This document shows, in pieces, positions 50,445 to 60,626 of a stretch of DNA of 64,000 bases. The notes under the pieces were generated by a model. That model was not told the DNA's origin. It worked only from the letters and a program-made list of their open reading frames with translations, and made no database searches. The stretch's first letter is position 1, and each line of letters begins with the position of its first letter. Source of the stretch: a virus; the IMG/VR virus record IMGVR_UViG_3300050821_014614. The stretch is one strand, 5' to 3'. The position numbers and the translations under genes were made by a program.

Positions 50445-51769
50445 CTCTGGGTGTGCGAGTGTGCCGGGGTCCCGTTGACTGAGGTAGCTGCGCCCTTTGT
50501 TGCGGTGTTCGCCATCATGCCAAAAAGCGTGCTGATGCTGCTGTTAATGCTGGCAATCAGCGTATCCAGCGAACCAGCCGTAATTGTCACGTCAGTAAAT
50601 GTCGGACTATCTGCCGTTCCAAGATTTTGAGCATGGACACCGCCAAGATTGCCCGAAAGACTCGTGTCGCCGTTGACGTTGAAATTCTTGTTATGCGCTG
50701 AGGTTCCGACAGCTACGGCAACCCCGAACTGCATCGAGGCCCCTCCCAGGGTATCGCCGACGCCGACAAGAGAGTTGTAACTGCCCGCCGAGGCCGTGCT
50801 CGCCCCAGGGAAGCTATTGACGAACCCGGTTGTCGCGCCACCCCAGAGCGTGCCGCTGATATTGCCGCTCAGGTCATTGAACGCGAACATGTTCACGTTC
50901 ACCGCATTCGCCAGGACGGCGAAGTTAGTCAGCGTGGCGGGGGTGTACATCCCCATCCCCATGATATTCACGACCCCGCCAGACAGGGCTAGAAATTGCG
51001 CGTAGTTGCCGCCTGTCGAGCGGTCTTGCTCGATGAAGCAGTCCGTCACCCGGACATAGTTGCCGTTGTTCGCGTCCACCACCAAAAACGTGTAATCGAC
51101 CGACCCGCCGAGGGCGAAATTCGGGTTCTCGAAATGGCAACCTGTGATGACCACCTGAGCAGCGGAAGTTCCCCCGTTTCCGATCCGGAGCTGCGCCTGG
51201 TCGAAAGAGCAGTGCGCAAAAATGATTTCCTGGCCTCCGCCCTGTATCCAGACTGAATTGGTGTGCGGCGCCGGCGCATCCGCAAAAGTCACGTGGTCAA
51301 ATTCGACATTTTCGCCCGCCTGTGTCATGCCGCTGGGCATCAGGACGTTGGTGCCTCCATCGCGAATCATGCCGTGCGAGAACCGGGTGATCCACGTATT
51401 CGAGGAGGTCTGAAGATTCACGCCGAACGACTGGATCTTGAAGTACTCGGCGCTCAGGCCGACCGCGCCATTGGCTCCGCCCACGATAACGCCAATTGTT
51501 GAGGTGGAGTTACCCGGCCCTGTCAGTGTGATATTTTTCAGCCCCGAGCAGAAATCGAAAGCAGCTCCGTTATTGAAAGTAATCGCGGTCCCGGTTGTCG
51601 GGGTGAAGATAAGTTCCACGGCATTGCCGAAACCCCGCAGCGTCGCCACCTTGCCCGGTACCGCTAAGACGATCGGAACCGTGAACGTTCCGCCCTGATC
51701 GATAACGATCTCACCGCCCTCTGGCGGCAACGCAGCATATGTTGTATTTACGAATGTTCCGATGTCCAT
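50441..51769 (-). CDS. tail spike/fibre with right-handed beta-helix-like repeats
   Basis: 442 aa, no signal peptide; ...NITLTGPGN..., ...VVITGCHFENPNF...; C-terminal SPTFTDVTITAGS fibre-like motif; follows the tail hub gene. Confidence 0.55.
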   Translation of the reverse strand: MDIGTFVNTTYAALPPEGGEIVIDQGGTFTVPIVLAVPGKVATLRGFGNAVELIFTPTTGTAITFNNGAAFDFCSGLKNITLTGPGNSTSTIGVIVGGANGAVGLSAEYFKIQSFGVNLQTSSNTWITRFSHGMIRDGGTNVLMPSGMTQAGENVEFDHVTFADAPAPHTNSVWIQGGGQEIIFAHCSFDQAQLRIGNGGTSAAQVVITGCHFENPNFALGGSVDYTFLVVDANNGNYVRVTDCFIEQDRSTGGNYAQFLALSGGVVNIMGMGMYTPATLTNFAVLANAVNVNMFAFNDLSGNISGTLWGGATTGFVNSFPGASTASAGSYNSLVGVGDTLGGASMQFGVAVAVGTSAHNKNFNVNGDTSLSGNLGGVHAQNLGTADSPTFTDVTITAGSLDTLIASINSSISTLFGMMANTATKGAATSVNGTPAHSHTQS

Positions 51770-51770
51770 G

Positions 51771-54700
51771 TTAGTTTCGCGGGTTTACGAGCGAGTGAAT
51801 AAGCAAAGGTGCGTCCGGGCTCGGCACGAAGACTTCCTGCCATGGCGCAAATCGCACCGGCGAGATATTGCCCTGCTTATCCTGCGTGACGACCTGCACG
51901 AGAAAAGACTGCGATCCCGCGCTCGAAAACGGAACCTGCAGCGCAGCAAGAACGGCTGTGCCGCCCCCGCCGAACGTGGCGGCGTCATACGTAGATGCCG
52001 CGGCCGGAATAGTAAGCGACGGCGCGGATTCGAGGATTGAGAAGACGCTGGTACCGTCAGGAATCGTAGTCCAGGCCTGCGTGATCGTCAATGTCGTGGA
52101 TGTATTCGAGGCGATATTGCGCCTTTGGCCAGCGCCGGTGCCTTTCATGATCCAGACGACTTTCCCATACTCCGCGTTGACGATCAGGCCGCCCGGCGCG
52201 AACTGATTCACAAAGGCCGAATCGCCGATCGTGGTCGCCGAGGCGATGTTCGCCATCGCGCGCATCACATAGGCATCCCCGGCATGGCCGAACGTCGCCT
52301 GCGTCACCGTCATATTGCCCGACGTGTCGTTCGCCGTGACGTTGAAATTCCCAGGCTGCGCGTAGCAGAGCCCCGCAAAGGTCTGCGGCCCGACGCCGCC
52401 GATCGGGATCGGCGTGGCCGAACCGTAGGCGGACAGAATACGGCCTGCCCACTGGCTCGCGGTGGGCGATGAAGGAATGGAGATGACGCCGGAAGCGATC
52501 GCCGATGCGCTGCTACCCCAGATGCCGCCGTGCCGGATCGGCGTGAGCAAAAGCATCACGTTCGTTTCGACAACGTCCGGGCGCCCCGGCCCGTCGGTTG
52601 ACCAGATGATTTCGGCGCCTATCGTGATGGTGGCTGCGACGGGGTTGTGAGCGAATGAGGGCGGCGGATCTACCAGCCACATATTCAGCGAATGCGGGCC
52701 GAGATACGCCTCATAGGTGACTGCCTTCGAATCCCAGACGATATTCGAAACCGTGATGGTGGATCCGGCCGAAGCCACGACCGCCTTCACGTTAGCGGAG
52801 GGCTGCGATTTAGAGCCCGCGGCGTCGATGCCAACGAGGGAAACGAGCCAGGTGCCCGCCGCGATCGCGCCGCCCGAGCCGACCGTCGCCTGCAGCGGCA
52901 CGCGTGGAGCCGAGGTCACCGATGAGGGCACATTCACGACTGGCGCCGACGCAATTGTGATCTGACCGTTGGTCGTGTAAAGCCCGATCGTTTCGAGCCC
53001 CGGAAAGAGCGCATCGTTCGATGGGTATGGGCTGTAGCCCGGCTTTAATGGCCAGGGCAGCCGGTTCGGCGCGGCCGAGAGCGGATTCTTCTGGTAGGGC
53101 GCCGGATCCTGACCGTACAGATCCGTATGCCACTGATCGAAATGCCAGCGGAACGCGAGGTCCCAATGCTCACCGTCCGTATTCGGCGTGGCGGAAAGCA
53201 GGCGCGCGAGCACCATGGAAAAACTCGCCTGCGCATAGATGATCCCGCATATGAAGCCAACCCGACTGGCGAGGTGCGCGGCCTTGACCGTCGTTTTAAA
53301 AGACGGAAGCTCAGTGCCGCCGGCGTCGAAGCGCGAATTACCGTAGAGCGCCTTGGCCAGCTCGATATTCGAAACGCGGGTGCCCTGGTCGAAATTGTCG
53401 ATACCCATCGGCGCGAACGATGCGGGAATCTCCTGATTGCCCGACGTGACGTAACCGTCCGGATCGATGGTTGTGATCGTGTCCTGAACGAACTGGTTCG
53501 CTTCATCCTGAAACGGAAACGTGATCGTGTTCGGCGTGTCGTTCAGCGTCCGCCCGCCCAGCTTGAAGGTGCCTTTCTCGATCGACGGTTGCACGGTCGC
53601 CGAGCCGCCATCGAAGAGATACGCGAGGTAGCCCGGCGTTGTAAGCGATGGAACCAGCGTCGTGCTCGTCGCCGGCATGGACGCCACGGCGGTCGAATAG
53701 TTCGAGCCCGAAATCGGCGCGCTCTGCTGGTCTGCCAGCGTCTGCTCGATGAAGCACTGGATTAATCCGTTGACCGGGTTGCGCGCGAGAATAATACACG
53801 CGCAGCCGCGTATCGCGAGCACCGCTTTCGCGAGCGATTGCCGCTGAGTCGTAGTCAGAGCGAGCGAGCAGCGGAAGCGCGCATGGGTGGCCGCGTTGTT
53901 ATTGATATCGGTATAGCCGATCTGCACTGCGCAGATCTGCGCCGCGGCGTACCAGCTGGCGGCGTCGATGTCGAGCGCCGTGAAAGGGCCCCAGCAGGCC
54001 AGCAGGTCCATCAGCGCCCAGACCGGGTTGGCCGCGACCGCAATGGTCGGAATGCCGCCGGCGCTGGGAACTACATCGCTGAAGCCATCATCGGAAGCTG
54101 CGATCGGATAGTAGAAGATACTACCGCCGGTTCCGTTAAAGTTGCCCGGGATGGTGATGGTGCCCGTTGTCGGCGAGACGGTTTGCGTGACGGCGGACGC
54201 TGTATAGGAACCGTTCGGGACGCCGGAGTTGCCGGCGAGAAAGAAGGCTTGTCCGGCGTTCACGCCCGCGTTGTAGTTGTTCCCTACACCGGCGGCAAGG
54301 TGGAGAATCGTATTGCCGCCGCCGCTATACACCGCGCTCGCGATCGGATAAGCGTGGAGGCACTGCGGGAACTGCACGAGGACCTGCACCGTCGGGATGG
54401 ATCCGGAGCCGGCCAGTTCCGCCGGTACCGTGACCAGGATCCAGCAGGTCGAGCCATGCGGATCGCCTTGCCCGTTGAGCACAGGGACCTGGCTTACCGT
54501 GCTCGATCTGCCGCCGCCCGATCTGACGACATATGTGAAATCGTTCGTAGCGGGAGCGTTCTCCGGAACCTCGACGCCGTTGACCAGAACTTTCAGGACC
54601 GTCGCCGGGCCGTTCGTGGCCATGCAAACGATGCACTCGGCAAGTAGGTCGTTCGATCCGGAGAATGGTTCGAGAACTGTCGCGTTGACCCACTGCGTGC

Positions 54701-55718
54701 CGTAGCCCTGGTTGTAATAGGTTGTTCCGGTGGGCGGATTCGGCGCGTTGAAGCCGTATTGCGTACCGGCGGACGGGTTAACATACTGCTTGCCCGACCA
54801 GCCCTGCGGAGAGACCCATGTGTCGCCCGTGAAGTGCCCGGTGGCGCGGTTGCCGCTGTCATTCGCGATATCGCCATCCGGGCCGCATGGCTTGCCGCCC
54901 GAGCCGAATGTCGTGGTGGCAGCATAGTTACCGAGCCGCGCCATGCAGCCCTGTGTGCGCGTGCCCCGGCCAGACCCGCAGGAGCGGGTGTAATCGCACA
55001 TCACATAGTTGCCTGCGCTATCGGTCAGCGCGGAGCCGTCAGGATTGGTGAGGTTAGCGGTAGTCGTATTACCGACGCCGCCAATACTGATCAGGTCGGG
55101 AGAGTAGCCACAGCCGAAAAACAGTGAGGTCGGATTGACCAGGCCATCGAGCCGCTGCGCCGCGTTCGCAGGGAACGTGTTGCCGCAGCGATTCTGGCGG
55201 GCGAAATTCGGGACGGTCAGCCGCGTCATCGACTGCCGCGCCTGCCCCGTGACCTTGATGACGCCGGCGCCGAAATCGACGCTCGGCTTGTCGAGAATGA
55301 ACGTCCACGTATAGGCGTTCGTCGAATAAGAGAAACTCAGAATGTCCCAGAGGACGAAAATCACGGTCAGCGTGCCGCCGCGCCACCCAAACGCGTTGGC
55401 GTGCGTGGTCCAGATCGTGAAATCGCCGTCCGCAATCACGAGCGAGATCGAACCCGGGATGTCGTAGCCCTGCGGGGACTGCGCCTGTATCTGTTCGATC
55501 GGGTTGCCCTGCAGGCGCGCTTCGTAAACGTTGCCGGCATACGTCAGCGTGTTGCCGCCGAGCCCCGGCGTAGTGGTCAGGTAAGTGACGTCGCTGCCCG
55601 AATCCACCAGCTTCGTCGCGGGGTTGATCGCCGCGAGCGCGCAGAGGATCAGCGGCTTCGGGATGACGTTCGCCTGGATGAGGCCGGTCTCTTTGCCGGA
55701 TTCGATGGTGAAGGACAT
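51771..55718 (-). CDS. tail hub / host-specificity protein (gpJ- or GTA-g15-like)
   Basis: 1315 aa, downstream of tape measure and distal tail genes; call based on size and position. Confidence 0.6.
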   Translation of the reverse strand: MSFTIESGKETGLIQANVIPKPLILCALAAINPATKLVDSGSDVTYLTTTPGLGGNTLTYAGNVYEARLQGNPIEQIQAQSPQGYDIPGSISLVIADGDFTIWTTHANAFGWRGGTLTVIFVLWDILSFSYSTNAYTWTFILDKPSVDFGAGVIKVTGQARQSMTRLTVPNFARQNRCGNTFPANAAQRLDGLVNPTSLFFGCGYSPDLISIGGVGNTTTANLTNPDGSALTDSAGNYVMCDYTRSCGSGRGTRTQGCMARLGNYAATTTFGSGGKPCGPDGDIANDSGNRATGHFTGDTWVSPQGWSGKQYVNPSAGTQYGFNAPNPPTGTTYYNQGYGTQWVNATVLEPFSGSNDLLAECIVCMATNGPATVLKVLVNGVEVPENAPATNDFTYVVRSGGGRSSTVSQVPVLNGQGDPHGSTCWILVTVPAELAGSGSIPTVQVLVQFPQCLHAYPIASAVYSGGGNTILHLAAGVGNNYNAGVNAGQAFFLAGNSGVPNGSYTASAVTQTVSPTTGTITIPGNFNGTGGSIFYYPIAASDDGFSDVVPSAGGIPTIAVAANPVWALMDLLACWGPFTALDIDAASWYAAAQICAVQIGYTDINNNAATHARFRCSLALTTTQRQSLAKAVLAIRGCACIILARNPVNGLIQCFIEQTLADQQSAPISGSNYSTAVASMPATSTTLVPSLTTPGYLAYLFDGGSATVQPSIEKGTFKLGGRTLNDTPNTITFPFQDEANQFVQDTITTIDPDGYVTSGNQEIPASFAPMGIDNFDQGTRVSNIELAKALYGNSRFDAGGTELPSFKTTVKAAHLASRVGFICGIIYAQASFSMVLARLLSATPNTDGEHWDLAFRWHFDQWHTDLYGQDPAPYQKNPLSAAPNRLPWPLKPGYSPYPSNDALFPGLETIGLYTTNGQITIASAPVVNVPSSVTSAPRVPLQATVGSGGAIAAGTWLVSLVGIDAAGSKSQPSANVKAVVASAGSTITVSNIVWDSKAVTYEAYLGPHSLNMWLVDPPPSFAHNPVAATITIGAEIIWSTDGPGRPDVVETNVMLLLTPIRHGGIWGSSASAIASGVISIPSSPTASQWAGRILSAYGSATPIPIGGVGPQTFAGLCYAQPGNFNVTANDTSGNMTVTQATFGHAGDAYVMRAMANIASATTIGDSAFVNQFAPGGLIVNAEYGKVVWIMKGTGAGQRRNIASNTSTTLTITQAWTTIPDGTSVFSILESAPSLTIPAAASTYDAATFGGGGTAVLAALQVPFSSAGSQSFLVQVVTQDKQGNISPVRFAPWQEVFVPSPDAPLLIHSLVNPRN

Positions 55719-55732
55719 GCGATGGTTGAGCT

Positions 55733-55984
55733 ATGGAAGGACTTGTAACGAGCGCCATTGCGCTGGGGCTGAGCAAGGAGTCCTACACCCAGGGGCAAAA
55801 GGATCTCATCGATTCGATGAGGGAAACGCTGGAGCTACTCAGGCCCACATACGGCCCCGCGCTAACACAAGCGATAGTGCAAATGCTGGACATTCAGGCG
55901 CGGGTGGTAGCCGGAACTCCCCTGGACGCCGCGATGCTCACCGCTCACCTCGCGCATGTGATCGTCACCGGTCCGCCGCAATGA
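55733..55984 (+). CDS. opposite-strand moron, hypothetical protein
   Basis: 83 aa plus-strand ORF between hub and distal-tail genes. Confidence 0.45.
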   Translation: MEGLVTSAIALGLSKESYTQGQKDLIDSMRETLELLRPTYGPALTQAIVQMLDIQARVVAGTPLDAAMLTAHLAHVIVTGPPQ

Positions 55985-56277
55985 ACCGCCGCCATTTCCT
56001 CGCGCCGGCCGGCGCGGCGGCGATAGCGCCCGCGCTGGCGAAACCCGCGCTGTTCGAGGACTACCGTGACTACGTCGCCACTGGCCGCACGCGCGTCAAC
56101 GGCAGAATAGGCGAATTCTCGATTACGGCGGCTCTCGACCTTGATTCGTCTGGCCGCCCGGAGGTGGGCGCCTATGTATTCCTCATCCGCCATGGAAAGG
56201 CCGATATGTGCCTGGGACGCGTTGAAACCGTCGACGTCACAGGTACTTCGATAACACTGTCAGGGCCGATGCCCTAG
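55981..56277 (+). CDS. opposite-strand moron, small exported protein (Tat-like signal)
   Basis: Trimmed to ATG 55981 (ATGA overlap); MNRRHFLAPAGAAAIAPALA. Confidence 0.5.
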   Translation: MNRRHFLAPAGAAAIAPALAKPALFEDYRDYVATGRTRVNGRIGEFSITAALDLDSSGRPEVGAYVFLIRHGKADMCLGRVETVDVTGTSITLSGPMP

Positions 56278-57050
56278 AACGTCTGCTCGAGGACAATCTT
56301 CAGACTCGAATCGTTCACCCCGCGATACGTAACCACCAAATCGTCCATCGCGTAATGCGTCTTCGCGTAAGGCACCGCATCCTCATCCGTGAACGTAAAC
56401 GAAAACGCCCGCCCCCAATTCGCGAGGAAGTGCGCGACCAGCGTGGCCGTGTCCGCATCCGAAACCATCGAAGCGTTGAACTCCCAGCCATTCAGACCGC
56501 CGGCACCCGGGTATCCGCTTAACCCGCCGCCGAATTCCGCGAACGTATAAATTGGACCCGCATCCACCTTCTGCGCGATAGTCTGGTACCGACGCTTCTG
56601 TACGTACGGCAGAATGCCGATCGCGCCGTTGGCGAGCGTGGGGAACGCGCCGCCGGGCGAGCCCGGCGTCAGGTTCTGCGTGATCGACTGTGTGAGGCGC
56701 AGCGGGCCGTTGTATTGCGTCGTTTTCGATTCGGTCGCGGCCCATTCGTCCGCATCGATGCCTAAATTGAAGAACGTCGCAAGCGATCCGCCGAAAGGCA
56801 GGCTGATTTCCAGGTTTTGCTCGAACCGGCCGGCGGCGCCGGCGAAGGCGGCTTTCACCGTGTTCTTCTGCGCCTGCGTCAGCTGCGCGTAAGGAATCGC
56901 GACTTTGATCAGTGCGCCCGGCTGCCGGATCCAGCGCTGCTGCGCGCCGTTCTGGAATTGGCCGATGCCGGTTAAAAAGCTATAGGTGACGTCGAACGGG
57001 TAGTTCGCCGCGGATGCGCCGTGGATTACGGGAAGCGGAGTTGACGACAT
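56274..57050 (-). CDS. distal tail protein (DUF2460/Dit-like)
   Basis: 258 aa directly after the tape measure gene; the N-terminal pattern recalls the DUF2460 family (from memory). Confidence 0.5.
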   Translation of the reverse strand: MSSTPLPVIHGASAANYPFDVTYSFLTGIGQFQNGAQQRWIRQPGALIKVAIPYAQLTQAQKNTVKAAFAGAAGRFEQNLEISLPFGGSLATFFNLGIDADEWAATESKTTQYNGPLRLTQSITQNLTPGSPGGAFPTLANGAIGILPYVQKRRYQTIAQKVDAGPIYTFAEFGGGLSGYPGAGGLNGWEFNASMVSDADTATLVAHFLANWGRAFSFTFTDEDAVPYAKTHYAMDDLVVTYRGVNDSSLKIVLEQTF

Positions 57051-57053
57051 CGG

Positions 57054-60000
57054 TTATCCGTTCGCTGTCCGATGTACTTCGGTCGCAAGCGCGCCGTGAA
57101 CGTTCTGGAGATTCTTTGCCGCCGCGTTGCCGATCGCGATGTGGTGTTTATCCGCGAAGTCCGCAAAGGACGCCACGTCCATCGCGTTCACGTTGATCAC
57201 GGTCGTTGGCTTCGCCGCGGTGGCAGGGTTGAACTGGCCGGTCTGCGTGCCCGGTACATCGTAGTACGTCGGCGGCGGCCCGAAAAGCCCGTGCGTCTGC
57301 TCCCAGACCGAGCCTTGCCGCACGGTTGGGACCGCGGAGAAATCGGACGTGCGGATCTGGCCACGCGCGTTAAAGTCGGTGAAATTGCCATTCGAGGACT
57401 GCGTTAGGTTCAGGGCCTGCGGAGCGATGTACTGGTTGGCGGAGAGCTCCTGGTTGATCTGATTGGCGCGCTGAACAGGGCCGCTGCCGAGCAGGCTGCC
57501 GATCAGTGGCAGCGCGATAGCGGCGATGGAGCCGATAATCGGTACCGCGCTGAGGAACGGGGTGGCAACGCTCATTAACTTCGCGACATTGGTCGTAATG
57601 GCCGCCGCCATTCCTACCGCGCTGCCGGCCGCTGTGAGCGCGCCACCCGCGCCTCCGGCATGGAGGCCGGATACGATTCCGAACGCGCCGGCGCCGAGCG
57701 TGGCCGCAAGGCCGACGCCTGACGCAATTGATTGTCCGGTTGTTGGCGCATAGCCTGGTAGCGCAACCGACATTCCGGCCAGCGGCCCGCTGAGGTTAGT
57801 CGTTGCTCCGGGCGTGCCGAGGCCGAGTACATTCGAAAGTGCGTTCCCGCTAAATACAGAGCCAATGCCGCCGCCGGCAAGCCCGAGGGCCTTCGTGATC
57901 GCAGCAAGCGGTCCGCTGCTCAACGCCGCGGGCAGGGAAGAGGTAGCCATTGCCGACATTGCGGACAGTGGATTCGTCAGCGGGTTCGCCGCCGCCATCG
58001 ATATCGCGGAGGCGGGGTCCGCGGACGATGGATCGGAGGCCGAGGTCTGTCCGCTGATTGTTTGGTAAATTTTCGCGAGCCAACCCACGGTTTTATCCGT
58101 GTTGGTCATGATCGCGGCCTGTGCGGCATCCGGAATCGCCTTGTTGCCGGGATCGAGCATCGTCCCCTTGAGTGTTTTCCCCCAGCTACCCGGGATCGCG
58201 CCCGCAACGCCCTGACCCGCCTGCTGCAGCATCGGCCCGACGACATTACCGAACAGCGTTCCGCCTTCGCTCAGCGCGTCTTTTTTGAGCAGCAACCCGA
58301 GCGCGCGGCCCGCGCCGACCTGGCGGTTCGTTAACGCGTCGAAAATCGAAACGGCGTCTTTGTGGTATTTTTCGAGATTTTTCTCGCGGAGCTCGTCGAG
58401 CGATTCTTCGTACTGCGCCTGCGCCTGGTAAACCGACTCGGCTGCCTGCTTCGCGTTGGCTCCGTTGTCTTTTATTTTTTGGTCTGCATCGTCATAAAGG
58501 TTGATGCGTTTTTGCTCGATATCGAAGATCTGTTTCGCCGCCGTCAGTTGCGCCTGCATATCGGCAGCCGCGCCCTGCGCTCCGCCGGGTCCGCCGCCGC
58601 GGGCGGAGTTCGCGCGGATCGTGGCCTGCAGCTGGCGACGCACCTGCGAGGAATCGGAGGCGGCGAGATCGCCGCCCGCGACGCGCTTCGCGGCTTCGGT
58701 TTTGTTGTACTCGTCGAATTCGTGCGGGTCGCGGCTGTGTTCGAGATCTTCGAGCAGGCCGCGGCGCTGGCGCTCTGCACTCGTTATCTGCCATTCGCCG
58801 AACGCGCTGGCGATGCCAACTGCGTCTTTGTCGAGCTTCACTTGATACTGCTTCAGTAGCTCTGCGGTGATGGCCTGCTCGACAGCAAGGCGCGCGGTCG
58901 TCAGAAGACCGTCGGCCTTTAGCTGGTCCTGAATGGCCTGACGATCGGCTTTGATCTTTTCGGTGTCCGACAGTTCCTTTGCCGACAGCGTCCCCAGTTC
59001 TTTGTTCGCGCCGATGACACCCTGATCCTGGCGCTTCTTCAGCTCGCGTGCTGGGGCTCCCGCTTCGCGCTGTTCCCGCGCCTCTTTGTCGTCTTGCTGC
59101 TTCTGCGCCGCTATTGTCTTCGCCTGCAGGTCGCCGACGTGACTGGTGTCCCTCGTAACAAGTTCACGCGCGGTTTCTAGTTGCGGCCTGAGCACGTCGT
59201 CGCGATGACGGAGAGCGGCGAGCGCGTCCCTGTCAAGTGTGTCGACTGCCTTACCGCTAGCGTCCCAGTTGCCGCGATTGGAGGTACCGGCTTTTATTTT
59301 GGCGTTATCCTCCGCAATACGTCGCTGTAAAATTGTCACAGCGTCTGTGTCGCTTACGAGGTCTGCCCCTGCGTATCCGCTTTCCGCGCGCAGGCGTTCG
59401 GCTTTTCCCTGCTCGCGCTCGATCTTGTCGAGCTTAAAAGTTCGGTCCTCGCTCGCTGCTTTGTCATACTCCGCATTGAGCTTCTTCATCTGCTCAAGCG
59501 CGAGTGTTTCCGCCTTAACCACCGGATCCCACTTATTGTAAAGATCGCCCACCTTGCCAATCATCTGGCCGAGGACCTCTACAAACGCCACCGCGCCGAG
59601 GAGCGGAAAAAGGCTCTGGAGGAGTGGCCCGAGGCCCAGTACATTCACCGCCATCTGCCCCAATGCGCGCGTGGGAAGGCGACCTTCCATGAGCGCAAAT
59701 TCCGCGTTCGCCGCAGCAATCGCCGGAACCATCCGTGTCGTGGCTTCCGTAACCTGAACCGTCGCGGCGGCCTGTGCTTCAGCAGCTTCCGACTGCTCTC
59801 TTGTCGCCGCTGTATATTCAACTTGTGCCGCGGTGGCACTCTTCGTCGCGGGTGTCAACGCTTCGAGCGACGCCTTGAGCTCCCGTTGCTTGACGACGAG
59901 GCCGTCCAGCGCCGCGCGTTCCTCCGTTGCTACTTTCGAGATCTCATCCGCAATCTTCGTATGGCCGGCGGTGACCGCCTCCGCCATCTGCTTTTCGGCA

Positions 60001-60140
60001 TCGGCGACGCGGTTCGCGGTCTGGCGCATTTCTAGCCCGGTCGCGGTGATCTGCGCCTTCATCACGGTCATCTTGGCCGTGATCTGGTCGATGGTCTCGG
60101 CGCCGGTTTGGGCGACGTTGAATTTGATATCGTAAGCCAT
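57054..60140 (-). CDS. tape measure protein
   Basis: 1028 aa; long coiled-coil N-terminal half, Gly/Ala-rich hydrophobic segment; follows the chaperone genes. Confidence 0.85.
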   Translation of the reverse strand: MAYDIKFNVAQTGAETIDQITAKMTVMKAQITATGLEMRQTANRVADAEKQMAEAVTAGHTKIADEISKVATEERAALDGLVVKQRELKASLEALTPATKSATAAQVEYTAATREQSEAAEAQAAATVQVTEATTRMVPAIAAANAEFALMEGRLPTRALGQMAVNVLGLGPLLQSLFPLLGAVAFVEVLGQMIGKVGDLYNKWDPVVKAETLALEQMKKLNAEYDKAASEDRTFKLDKIEREQGKAERLRAESGYAGADLVSDTDAVTILQRRIAEDNAKIKAGTSNRGNWDASGKAVDTLDRDALAALRHRDDVLRPQLETARELVTRDTSHVGDLQAKTIAAQKQQDDKEAREQREAGAPARELKKRQDQGVIGANKELGTLSAKELSDTEKIKADRQAIQDQLKADGLLTTARLAVEQAITAELLKQYQVKLDKDAVGIASAFGEWQITSAERQRRGLLEDLEHSRDPHEFDEYNKTEAAKRVAGGDLAASDSSQVRRQLQATIRANSARGGGPGGAQGAAADMQAQLTAAKQIFDIEQKRINLYDDADQKIKDNGANAKQAAESVYQAQAQYEESLDELREKNLEKYHKDAVSIFDALTNRQVGAGRALGLLLKKDALSEGGTLFGNVVGPMLQQAGQGVAGAIPGSWGKTLKGTMLDPGNKAIPDAAQAAIMTNTDKTVGWLAKIYQTISGQTSASDPSSADPASAISMAAANPLTNPLSAMSAMATSSLPAALSSGPLAAITKALGLAGGGIGSVFSGNALSNVLGLGTPGATTNLSGPLAGMSVALPGYAPTTGQSIASGVGLAATLGAGAFGIVSGLHAGGAGGALTAAGSAVGMAAAITTNVAKLMSVATPFLSAVPIIGSIAAIALPLIGSLLGSGPVQRANQINQELSANQYIAPQALNLTQSSNGNFTDFNARGQIRTSDFSAVPTVRQGSVWEQTHGLFGPPPTYYDVPGTQTGQFNPATAAKPTTVINVNAMDVASFADFADKHHIAIGNAAAKNLQNVHGALATEVHRTANG

Positions 60141-60626
60141 CTAAGCTCTGTTTATTGCCCGTTCCTGCGCATTTTCATCGCGCGCCTTCTGCGCTTTGAG
60201 AATCCCGACCGCGTCGTAAAATGATCCCGGCCACGCTTCGGCCGAACCGAATGGCGACTCGCCAACGGCCTGCGCCTGACTGAATATCTGGACCAGATCG
60301 TCAGCGCGCGTGTCGCGCAGCACGACCGATTTCGGGCACTCGGCCGAACGGATCTCATCGATATCGACGCGGATCCGTTTGATGCCTTTCGTGGTTTCGA
60401 GATCCAGCGGATAACCCGCGCTCCACCACTCGCGCGGATCCGGCCCATACTGATACCAAAAAGAAAGCCTCTTCAGGAAGACGCGCTTCGCCGGCTCTAC
60501 GTCCTCCGGATGCCGCGCTAAGCAGCGGCGGGCAATGTAGAGTCGGCGGGATTCGCAGGCGGCGCAATCGTACTCGTCAGTTCGCCATCCGCCTGCGCGC
60601 CGGAAGTGGAAGGCAAGGGTAAATTT
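60141..60626 (-). CDS. -1 frame extension of the tail assembly chaperone (GT-like fusion product)
   Basis: The -1 frame is open from the slippery site to 60141 with no canonical start until GTG 60323; the track shows only 60141-60323. Confidence 0.5.
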   Translation of the reverse strand, partial: KFTLAFHFRRAGGWRTDEYDCAACESRRLYIARRCLARHPEDVEPAKRVFLKRLSFWYQYGPDPREWWSAGYPLDLETTKGIKRIRVDIDEIRSAECPKSVVLRDTRADDLVQIFSQAQAVGESPFGSAEAWPGSFYDAVGILKAQKARDENAQERAINRA

